DNA from: Auanema rhodensis | Taxonomy: Eukaryota; Animalia; Nematoda | Assembly: GCA_964057225.1 (NCBI GenBank) | Contig: OZ059897.1 | Span: 2,542,001 to 2,606,000, forward strand | DNA: 64,000 nucleotides | Direction of reading: 5' to 3' | In this document: positions 1 through 11,320 of the stretch, piece after piece | Position numbering within the stretch: position 1 is the first letter of the stretch | Layout: each line of letters begins with the position of its first letter | Program-made: the position numbers and the translations under genes | Notes under the pieces: generated by a model | What the model saw: only the letters and a program-made list of their open reading frames with translations | What the model was told of the DNA's origin: nothing | Database searches by the model: none

Positions 1-261
1 AGTATAGTGCATTTGATGCGGATTTTTAAGCTGCGTTGATCTGTGTTATCAGATTTGAGTTAATTTAAAAATGCACCGAGATATCAACTGATATATGTTC
101 ACACTTATATCCTCGATTTTCACCCTGTAGAAATGATTTTTTCGTTGAAAAACATTGTCCATCGTATTCGTCTTGAAAAAAGAAATCTAAAAACATCTAC
201 TTTTTGTGAAATTATTTAGAAATTTTTCGGGAAAATTTTTGTCAAAATGTTTTTGGAAGCA

Positions 262-289
262 ATGTTGAGTGTACATGGGAACTCAACAT
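262..289. other. Perfect 9-bp inverted repeat with 10-nt loop, present in most monomers
   Basis: ATGTTGAGT-gtacatggga-ACTCAACAT, followed by the 10-bp palindrome TAATGCATTA (294-303). Confidence 0.9.
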
Positions 290-372
290 ACACTAATGCA
301 TTATTTTTCAAACGATCATAACTAATTTTTGTATAGAGCGTTTCTCAATGTAGTATAGTGCATTCGATGCGG

Positions 373-423
373 ATTTTTAAGCTGCGTTGATCTGTGTTAT
401 CAGATTTGAGTTAACTTAAAAAT
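373..423. other. Inverted repeat in the consensus monomer (positions 22-30/64-72) with a nested inner IR
   Basis: ATTTTTAAG (373-381) and CTTAAAAAT (415-423) are reverse complements. The inner IR is ATCTG-tgttat-CAGAT and the outer flanks are GTGCAT...ATGCAC. The TTTTCAAG, TAATTT and AACTGA variants add a mismatch. Confidence 0.85.
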
Positions 424-475
424 GCACCGAGATATCAACTGATATATGTTCACACTTGTATCCTCGATTTTCACC

Positions 476-510
476 CTGAAGAAATGATTTTTTCGTTGAA
501 AAACATTGTC
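476..510 (+). ncRNA. Possible degenerate hammerhead-ribozyme-like core (monomer positions 125-159), unverified
   Basis: CTGAAGA-[AATGA-ttttt-TCGTT]-GAAA-aacattGTC matches CUGANGA + helix II + GAAA. Convincing helices I and III could not be completed. Confidence 0.2.
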
Positions 511-3500
511 CATCGTATTCGTCTTGAAAAAAGGAATCTAAAAACATCTACTTTTTGTGAAATTATTTAGAAATTTTTCGGGAAAATTTTTGTCAAAATG
601 TTTTTGGAAGCAATGTTGAGTGTACATAGGAACTCAACATACACTAATGCATTATTTTTCAAACGATCATAACTAATTTTTGTATAGAGCGTTTCTCAAT
701 GTAGTATAGTGCATTCGATGCGGATTTTTAAGCTGCGTTGATCTGTGTTATCAGATTTGAGTTAACTTAAAAATGCACCGAGATATCAACTGATATAGGT
801 TCACACTTATATCCTCGATTTTCACCCTGAAGAAATGATTTTTTCGTTGAATAACATTGTCCATCGTCTTCGTCTTGAAAAAAGGAATCTAAAAACATCT
901 ACTTTTTGTGAAATTATCTAGAAATTTTTCGGGAAAATTTTTGTCAAAATGTTTTTGGAAGCAATGTTGAGTGTACATGGGAACTCAACATACACTAATG
1001 CATTATTTTTCAAACGATCATAACTAATTTTTGTATAGAGCGTTTCTCAATGTAGTATAGTGCATTCGATGCGGATTTTTAAGCTGCGTTGATCTGTGTT
1101 ATCAGATTTGAGTTAATTTAAAAATGCACCGAGATATCAACTGATATATGTTCACACTTATATCCTCGATTTTCACCCTGAAGAAATGATTTTTTCGTTG
1201 AAAAACATTGTCCATCGTATTCGTCTTGAAAAAAGAAATCTAAAAACATCTACTTTTTGTGAAATTATTTAGAAATTTTTCGGGAAAATTTTTGTCAAAA
1301 TGTTTTTGGAAGCAATGTTGAGTGTACATGGGAACTCAACATACACTAATGCATTATTTTTCAAACGATCATAACTAATTTTTGTATAGAGCGTTTCTCA
1401 ATGTAGTATAGTGCATTCGATGCGGATTTTTAAGCTGCGTTGATCTGTGTTATCAGATTTGAGTTAACTTAAAAATGCACCGAGATATCAACTGATATAT
1501 GTTCACACTTATATCCTCGATTTTCACCCTGAAGAAATGATTTTTTCGTTGAAAAACATTGTCCATCGTATTCGTCTTGAAAAAAGAAATCTAAAAACAT
1601 CTACTTTTTGTGAAATTATTTAGAAATTTTTCGGGAAAATTTTTGTCAAAATGTTTTTGGAAGCAATGTTGAGTGTACATGGGAACTCAACATACACTAA
1701 TGCATTATTTTTCAAAAGATCATAACTAATTTTTGTATAGAGCGTTTCTCAATGTAGTATAGTGCATTCGATGCGGATTTTTAAGCTGCGTTGATCTGTG
1801 TTATCAGATTTGAGTTAACTTAAAAATGCACCGAGATATCAACTGATATATGTTCACACTTATATCCTCGATTTTCACCCTGAAGAAATGATTTTTTCGT
1901 TGAAAAACATTCTCCATCGTATTCGTCTTGAAAAAAGAAATCTAAAAACATCTACTTTTTGTGAAATTATTTAGAAATTTTTCGGAAAAATTTTTGTCAA
2001 AATGTTTTTGGAAGCAATGTTGAGTGTACATGGGAACTCAACATACACTAATGCATTATTTTTCAAACGATCATAACTAATTTTTGTATAGAGCGTTTCT
2101 CATTGTAGTATAGTGCATTCGATGCGGATTTTCAAGCTGCGTTGATCTGTGTTATCAGATTTGAGTTAACTTAAAAATGCACCGAGATATCAACTGATAT
2201 AGGTTCACACTTGTATCCTCGATTTTCACCCTGAAGAAATGATTTTTTCGTTGAAAAACATTGTCCATCGTATTCGTCTTGAAAAAAGGAATCTAAAAAC
2301 ATCTACTTTTTGTGAAATTATTTAGAAATTTTTCGGGAAAATTTTTGTCAAAATGTTTTTGGAAGCAATGTTGAGTGTACATAGGAACTCAACATACACT
2401 AATGCATTATTTTTCAAACGATCATAACTAATTTTTGTATAGAGCGTTTCTCAATGTAGTATAGTGCATTCGATGCGGATTTTTAAGCTGCGTTGATCTG
2501 TGTTATCAGATTTGAGTTAACTTAAAAATGCACCGAGATATCAACTGATATAGGTTCACACTTATATCCTCGATTTTCACCCTGAAGAAATGATTTTTTC
2601 GTTGAATAACATTGTCCATCGTCTTCGTCTTGAAAAAAGGAATCTAAAAACATCTACTTTTTGTGAAATTATCTAGAAATTTTTCGGGAAAATTTTTGTC
2701 AAAATGTTTTTGGAAGCAATGTTGAGTGTACATGGGAACTCAACATACACTAATGCATTATTTTTCAAACGATCATAACTAATTTTTGTATAGAGCGTTT
2801 CTCAATGTAGTATAGTGCATTCGATGCGGATTTTTAAGCTGCGTTGATCTGTGTTATCAGATTTGAGTTAATTTAAAAATGCACCGAGATATCAACTGAT
2901 ATATGTTCACACTTATATCCTCGATTTTCACCCTGAAGAAATGATTTTTTCGTTGAAAAACATTGTCCATCGTATTCATCTTGAAAAAAGAAATCTAAAA
3001 ACATCTACTTTTTGTGAAATTATTTAGAAATTTTTCGGGAAAATTTTTGTCAAAATGTTTTTGGAAGCAATGTTGAGTGTACATGGGAACTCAACATACA
3101 CTAATGCATTATTTTTCAAACGATCATAACTAATTTTTGTATAGAGCGTTTCTCAATGTAGTATAGTGCATTCGATGCGGATTTTTAAGCTGCGTTGATC
3201 TGTGTTATCAGATTTGAGTTAACTTAAAAATGCACCGAGATATCAACTGATATATGTTCACACTTATATCCTCGATTTTCACCCTGAAGAAATGATTTTT
3301 TCGTTGAAAAACATTGTCCATCGTATTCGTCTTGAAAAAAGAAATCTAAAAACATCTACTTTTTGTGAAATTATTTAGAAATTTTTCGGAAAAATTTTTG
3401 TCAAAATGTTTTTGGAAGCAATGTTGAGTGTACATGGGAACTCAACATACACTAATGCATTATTTTTCAAACGATCATAACTAATTTTTGTATAGAGCGT

Positions 3501-6500
3501 TTCTCATTGTAGTATAGTGCATTCGATGCGGATTTTCAAGCTGCGTTGATCTGTGTTATCAGATTTGAGTTAACTTAAAAATGCACCGAGATATCAACTG
3601 ATATAGGTTCACACTTGTATCCTCGATTTTCACCCTGAAGAAATGATTTTTTCGTTGAAAAACATTGTCCATCGTATTCGTCTTGAAAAAAGGAATCTAA
3701 AAACATCTACTTTTTGTGAAATTATTTAGAAATTTTTCGGGAAAATTTTTGTCAAAATGTTTTTGGAAGCAATGTTGAGTGTACATGGGAACTCAACATA
3801 CACTAATGCATTATTTTTCAAACGATCATAACTAATTTTTGTATAGAGCGTTTCTCAATGTAGTATAGTGCATTCGATGCGGATTTTTAAGCTGCGTTGA
3901 TCTGTGTTATCAGATTTGAGTTAGCTTAAAAATGCACCGAGATATCAACTGATATAGGTTCACACTTATATCCTCGATTTTCACCCTGAAGAAATGATTT
4001 TTTCGTTGAAAAACATTGTCCATCGTATTCGTCTTGAAAAAAGAAATCTAAAAACATCTACTTTCTGTGAAATTATTTAGAAATTTTTTGGGAAAATTTT
4101 TGTCAAAATGTTTTTGGAAGCAATGTTGAGTGTACATGGGAACTCAACATACACTAATGCATTATTTTTCAAACGATCATAACTAATTTTTGTATAGAGC
4201 GTTTCTCAATGTAGTATAGTGCATTCGATGCGGATTTTTAAGCTGCGTTGATCTGTGTTATCAGATTTGAGTTAACTTAAAAATGCACCGAGATATCAAC
4301 TGATATATGTTCACACTTATATCCTCGATTTTCACCCTGAAGAAATGATTTTTTCGTTGAAAAACATTGTCCATCGTATTCGTCTTGAAAAAAGAAATCT
4401 AAAAACATCTACTTTCTGTGAAATTATTTAGAAATTTTTCGGGAAAATTTTTGTCAAAATGTTTTTGGAAGCAATGTTGAGTGTACATGGGAACTCAACA
4501 TACACTAATGCATTATTTTTTAAACGATCATAACTAATTTTTGTATAGAGCGTTTCTCAATGTAGTATAGTGCATTCGATGCGGATTTTTAAGCTGCGTT
4601 GATCTGTGTTATCAGATTTGAGTTAACTTAAAAATGCACCGAGATATCAACTGATATATGTTCACACTTATATCCTCGATTTTCACCCTGAAGAAATGAT
4701 TTTTTTGTTGAAAAACATTGTCCATCGTATTCGTCTTGAAAAAAGAAATCTAAAAACATCTACTTTTTGTGAAACTATTTAGAAATTTTTCGGGAAAATT
4801 TTTGTCAAAATGTTTTTGGAAGCAATGTTGAGTGTACATGGGAACTCAACATACACTAATGCATTATTTTTCAAACGATCATAACTAATTTTTGTATAGA
4901 GCGTTTCTCATTGTAGTATAGTGCATTCGATGCGGATTTTCAAGCTGCGTTGATCTGTGTTATCAGATTTGAGTTAACTTAAAAATGCACCGAGATATCA
5001 ACTGATATAGGTTCACACTTGTATCCTCGATTTTCACCCTGAAGAAATGATTTTTTCGTTGAAAAACATTGTCCATCGTATTCGTCTTGAAAAAAGGAAT
5101 CTAAAAACATCTACTTTTTGTGAAATTATTCAGAAATTTTTCGGGAAAATTTTTGTCAAAATGTTTTTGGAAGCAATGTTGAGTGTACATAGGAACTCAA
5201 CATACACTAATGCATTATTTTTCAAACGATCATAACTAATTTTTGTATAGAGCGTTTCTCAATGTAGTATAGTGCATTCGATGCGGATTTTTAAGCTGCG
5301 TTGATCTGTGTTATCAGATTTGAGTTAACTTAAAAATGCACCGAGATATCAACTGATATAGGTTCACACTTATATCCTCGATTTTCACCCTGAAGAAATG
5401 ATTTTTTCGTTGAATAACATTGTCCATCGTCTTCGTCTTGAAAAAAGGAATCTAAAAACATCTACTTTTTGTGAAATTATTCAGAAATTTTTCGGGAAAA
5501 TTTTTGTCAAAATGTTTTTGGAAGCAATGTTGAGTGTACATGGGAACTCAACATACACTAATGCATTATTTTTCAAACGATCATAACTAATTTTTGTATA
5601 GAGCGTTTCTCAATGTAGTATAGTGCATTCGATGCGGATTTTTAAGCTGCGTTGATCTGTGTTATCAGATTTGAGTTAACTTAAAAATGCACCGAGACAT
5701 CAACTGATATATGTTCACACTTATATCCTCGATTTTCACCCTGAAGAAATGATTTTTTCGTTGAAAAACATTGTCCATCGTATTCGTCTTGAAAAAAGAA
5801 ATCTAAAAACATCTACTTTTTGTGAAATTATTTAGAAATTTTTCGGGAAAATTTTTGTCAAAATGTTTTTGGAAGCAATGTTGAGTGTACATGGGAACTC
5901 AACATACACTAATGCATTATTTTTCAAACGATCATAACTAATTTTTGTATAGAGCGTTTCTCAATGTAGTATAGTGCATTCGATGCGGATTTTTAAGCTG
6001 CGTTGATCTGTGTTAGCAGATTTGAGTTAACTTAAAAATGCACCGAGATATCAACTGATATAGGTTCACACTTATATCCTCGATTTTCACCCTGAAGAAA
6101 TGATTTTTTCGTTGAATAACATTGTCCATCGTCTTCGTCTTGAAAAAAGGAATCTAAAAACATCTACTTTTTGTGAAATTATTTAGAAATTTTTCGGGAA
6201 AATTTTTGTCAAAATGTTTTTGGAAGCAATGTTGAGTGTACATGGGAACTCAACATACACTAATGCATTATTTTTCAAACGATCATAACTAATTTTTGTA
6301 TAGAGCGTTTCTCAATGTAGTATAGTGCATTCGATGCGGATTTTTAAGCTGCGTTGATCTGTGTTAGCAGATTTGAGTTAACTTAAAAATGCACCGAGAT
6401 ATCAACTGATATATGTTCACACTTATATCCTCGATTTTCACCCTGAAGAAATGATTTTTTCGTTGAAAAACATTGTCCATCGTATTCGTCTTGAAAAAAG

Positions 6501-7371
6501 AAATCTAAAAACATCTACTTTTTGTGAAATTATTTAGAAATTTTTCGGGAAAATTTTTGTCAAAATGTTTTTGGAAGCAATGTTGAGTGTACATGGGAAC
6601 TCAACATACACTAATGCATTATTTTTCAAACGATCATAACTAATTTTTGTATAGAGCGTTTCTCATTGTAGTATAGTGCATTCGATGCGGATTTTCAAGC
6701 TGCGTTGATCTGTGTTATCAGATTTGAGTTAACTTAAAAATGCACCGAGATATCAACTGATATAGGTTCACACTTGTATCCTCGATTTTCACCCTGAAGA
6801 AATGATTTTTTCGTTGAAAAACATTGTCCATCGTATTCGTCTTGAAAAAAGGAATCTAAAAACATCTACTTTTTGTGAAATTATTTAGAAATTTTTCGGG
6901 AAAATTTTTGTCAAAATGTTTTTGGAAGCAATGTTGAGTGTACATAGGAACTCAACATACACTAATGCATTATTTTTCAAACGATCATAACTAATTTTTG
7001 TATAGAGCGTTTCTCAATGTAGTATAGTGCATTCGATGCGGATTTTTAAGCTGCGTTGATCTGTGTTATCAGATTTGAGTTAACTTAAAAATGCACCGAG
7101 ATATCAACTGATATAGGTTCACACTTATATCCTCGATTTTCACCCTGAAGAAATGATTTTTTCGTTGAATAACATTGTCCATCGTCTTTGTCTTGAAAAA
7201 AGGAATCTAAAAACATCTACTTTTTGTGAAATTATCTAGAAATTTTTCGGGAAAGTTTTTGTCAAAATGTTTTTGGAAGCAATGTTGAGTGTACATGGGA
7301 ACTCAACATACACTAATGCATTATTTTTCAAACGATCATAACTAATTTTTGTATAGAGCGTTTCTCAATGT

Positions 7372-10300
7372 AGTATAGTGCATTCGATGCGGATTTTTAA
7401 GCTGCGTTGATCTGTGTTATCAGATTTGAGTTAATTTAAAAATGCACCGAGATATCAACTGATATATGTTCACACTTATATCCTCGATTTTCACCCTGAA
7501 GAAATGATTTTTTCGTTGAAAAACATTGTCCATCGTATTCGTCTTGAAAAAAGAAATCTAAAAACATCTACTTTTTGTGAAATTATTTAGAAATTTTTCG
7601 GGAAAATTTTTGTCAAAATGTTTTTGGAAGCAATGTTGAGTGTACATGGGAACTCAACATACACTAATGCATTATTTTTCAAACGATCATAACTAATTTT
7701 TGTATAGAGCGTTTCTCAATGTAGTATAGTGCATTCGATGCGGATTTTTAAGCTGCGTTGATCTGTGTTATCAGATTTGAGTTAACTTAAAAATGCACCG
7801 AGATATCAACTGATATATGTTCACACTTGTATCCTCGATTTTCACCCTGAAGAAATGATTTTTTCGTTGAAAAACATTGTCCATCGTATTCGTCTTGAAA
7901 AAAGGAATCTAAAAACATCTACTTTTTGTGAAATTATTTAGAAATTTTTCGGGAAAATTTTTGTCAAAATGTTTTTGGAAGCAATGTTGAGTGTACATAG
8001 GAACTCAACATACACTAATGCATTATTTTTCAAACGATCATAACTAATTTTTGTATAGAGCGTTTCTCAATGTAGTATAGTGCATTCGATGCGGATTTTT
8101 AAGCTGCGTTGATCTGTGTTATCAGATTTGAGTTAACTTAAAAATGCACCGAGATATCAACTGATATAGGTTCACACTTATATCCTCGATTTTCACCCTG
8201 AAGAAATGATTTTTTCGTTGAATAACATTGTCCATCGTCTTCGTCTTGAAAAAAGGAATCTAAAAACATCTACTTTTTGTGAAATTATCTAGAAATTTTT
8301 CGGGAAAATTTTTGTCAAAATGTTTTTGGAAGCAATGTTGAGTGTACATGGGAACTCAACATACACTAATGCATTATTTTTCAAACGATCATAACTAATT
8401 TTTGTATAGAGCGTTTCTCAATGTAGTATAGTGCATTCGATGCGGATTTTTAAGCTGCGTTGATCTGTGTTATCAGATTTGAGTTAATTTAAAAATGCAC
8501 CGAGATATCAACTGATATATGTTCACACTTATATCCTCGATTTTCACCCTGAAGAAATGATTTTTTCGTTGAAAAACATTGTCCATCGTATTCGTCTTGA
8601 AAAAAGAAATCTAAAAACATCTACTTTTTGTGAAATTATTTAGAAATTTTTCGGGAAAATTTTTGTCAAAATGTTTTTGGAAGCAATGTTGAGTGTACAT
8701 GGGAACTCAACATACACTAATGCATTATTTTTCAAACGATCATAACTAATTTTTGTATAGAGCGTTTCTCAATGTAGTATAGTGCATTCGATGCGGATTT
8801 TTAAGCTGCGTTGATCTGTGTTATCAGATTTGAGTTAACTTAAAAATGCACCGAGATATCAACTGATATATGTTCACACTTATATCCTCGATTTTCACCC
8901 TGAAGAAATGATTTTTTCGTTGAAAAACATTGTCCATCGTATTCGTCTTGAAAAAAGAAATCTAAAAACATCTACTTTTTGTGAAATTATTTAGAAATTT
9001 TTCGGGAAAATTTCTGTCAAAATGTTTTTGGAAGCAATGTTGAGTGTACATGGGAACTCAACATACACTAATGCATTATTTTTCAAAAGATCATAACTAA
9101 TTTTTGTATAGAGCGTTTCTCAATGTAGTATAGTGCATTCGATGCGGATTTTTAAGCTGCGTTGATCTGTGTTATCAGATTTGAGTTAACTTAAAAATGC
9201 ACCGAGATATCAACTGATATATGTTCACACTTATATCCTCGATTTTCACCCTGAAGAAATGATTTTTTCGTTGAAAAACATTCTCCATCGTATTCGTCTT
9301 GAAAAAAGAAATCTAAAAACATCTACTTTTTGTGAAATTATTTAGAAATTTTTCGGAAAAATTTTTGTCAAAATGTTTTTGGAAGCAATGTTGAGTGTAC
9401 ATGGGAACTCAACATACACTAATGCATTATTTTTCAAACGATCATAACTAATTTTTGTATAGAGCGTTTCTCATTGTAGTATAGTGCATTCGATGCGGAT
9501 TTTCAAGCTGCGTTGATCTGTGTTATCAGATTTGAGTTAACTTAAAAATGCACCGAGATATCAACTGATATAGGTTCACACTTGTATCCTCGATTTTCAC
9601 CCTGAAGAAATGATTTTTTCGTTGAAAAACATTGTCCATCGTATTCGTCTTGAAAAAAGGAATCTAAAAACATCTACTTTTTGTGAAATTATTTAGAAAT
9701 TTTTCGGGAAAATTTTTGTCAAAATGTTTTTGGAAGCAATGTTGAGTGTACATAGGAACTCAACATACACTAATGCATTATTTTTCAAACGATCATAACT
9801 AATTTTTGTATAGAGCGTTTCTCAATGTAGTATAGTGCATTCGATGCGGATTTTTAAGCTGCGTTGATCTGTGTTATCAGATTTGAGTTAACTTAAAAAT
9901 GCACCGAGATATCAACTGATATAGGTTCACACTTATATCCTCGATTTTCACCCTGAAGAAATGATTTTTTCGTTGAATAACATTGTCCATCGTCTTCGTC
10001 TTGAAAAAAGGAATCTAAAAACATCTACTTTTTGTGAAATTATCTAGAAATTTTTCGGGAAAATTTTTGTCAAAATGTTTTTGGAAGCAATGTTGAGTGT
10101 ACATGGGAACTCAACATACACTAATGCATTATTTTTCAAACGATCATAACTAATTTTTGTATAGAGCGTTTCTCAATGTAGTATAGTGCATTCGATGCGG
10201 ATTTTTAAGCTGCGTTGATCTGTGTTATCAGATTTGAGTTAATTTAAAAATGCACCGAGATATCAACTGATATATGTTCACACTTATATCCTCGATTTTC

Positions 10301-11320
10301 ACCCTGAAGAAATGATTTTTTCGTTGAAAAACATTGTCCATCGTATTCGTCTTGAAAAAAGAAATCTAAAAACATCTACTTTTTGTGAAATTATTTAGAA
10401 ATTTTTCGGGAAAATTTTTGTCAAAATGTTTTTGGAAGCAATGTTGAGTGTACATGGGAACTCAACATACACTAATGCATTATTTTTCAAACGATCATAA
10501 CTAATTTTTGTATAGAGCGTTTCTCAATGTAGTATAGTGCATTCGATGCGGATTTTTAAGCTGCGTTGATCTGTGTTATCAGATTTGAGTTAACTTAAAA
10601 ATGCACCGAGATATCAACTGATATATGTTCACACTTATATCCTCGATTTTCACCCTGAAGAAATGATTTTTTCGTTGAAAAACATTGTCCATCGTATTCG
10701 TCTTGAAAAAAGAAATCTAAAAACATCTACTTTTTGTGAAATTATTTAGAAATTTTTCGGAAAAATTTTTGTCAAAATGTTTTTGGAAGCAATGTTGAGT
10801 GTACATGGGAACTCAACATACACTAATGCATTATTTTTCAAACGATCATAACTAATTTTTGTATAGAGCGTTTCTCATTGTAGTATAGTGCATTCGATGC
10901 GGATTTTCAAGCTGCGTTGATCTGTGTTATCAGATTTGAGTTAACTTAAAAATGCACCGAGATATCAACTGATATAGGTTCACACTTGTATCCTCGATTT
11001 TCACCCTGAAGAAATGATTTTTTCGTTGAAAAACATTGTCCATCGTATTCGTCTTGAAAAAAAGAATCTAAAAACATCTACTTTTTGTGAAATTATTCAG
11101 AAATTTTTCGGGAAAATTTTTGTCAAAATGTTTTTGGAAGCAATGTTGAGTGTACATGGGAACTCAACATACACTAATGCATTATTTTTCAAACGATCAT
11201 AACTAATTTTTGTATAGAGCGTTTCTCAATGTAGTATAGTGCATTCGATGCGGATTTTTAAGCTGCGTTGATCTGTGTTATCAGATTTGAGTTAGCTTAA
11301 AAATGCACCGAGATATCAAC
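7372..11320 (+). repeat. Copy 2 of the ~11-monomer segmental duplication
   Basis: Same variant order as 1-3950. It has private differences, e.g. TTTCTGTC at ~9014, and lacks the ATTCATC variant seen at ~2978. Confidence 0.85.

Larger units (their letters stand above)
352..702 (+). repeat. Representative 351-bp monomer (phase arbitrary)
   Basis: Runs AGTATAGTGCATTCGATGCGG...GAGCGTTTCTCAATGT. The consensus has about 108/351 G+C by hand count, many A/T tracts and 11 CpGs. Confidence 0.98.
1..3950 (+). repeat. Copy 1 of an ~11-monomer segmental duplication (copy 2 at 7372-~11320, offset 7371 = 21 monomers)
   Basis: Rare variants recur at +7371: TTCAAAAGAT (~1716/~9087), ATTCTCCAT (1912/9283) and TTCGGAAAAA (~1986/~9357 and ~3390/~10761). 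The order of TAATTT, ATCTAG and CATAGG monomers is also the same. The end coordinate is approximate. Confidence 0.85.

Noticed and set aside
140-156. CENP-B box-like TTTCGTTGAAAAACATT
   Set aside because: Only the 5' half resembles YTTCGTTGGAARCGGGA; the essential CGGG is absent at the required position.
262-308. Rho-independent terminator or Helitron 3' hairpin
   Set aside because: The stem is AT-rich, the T tract is about 14 nt away, there is no upstream gene, and no CTRR end follows at the expected distance.
1-351. 351-bp monomer as a dimer of ~175-bp or trimer of 117-bp subunits
   Set aside because: No convincing similarity between halves or thirds by eye.
352-702. 5S rRNA, tRNA, snRNA or spliced-leader tandem gene unit
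   Set aside because: I found no cloverleaf or recognisable 5S/SL sequence. The B-box-like GGTTCACAC is weak, polymorphic and has no matching A box, and frequent T5-T6 runs would terminate Pol III.
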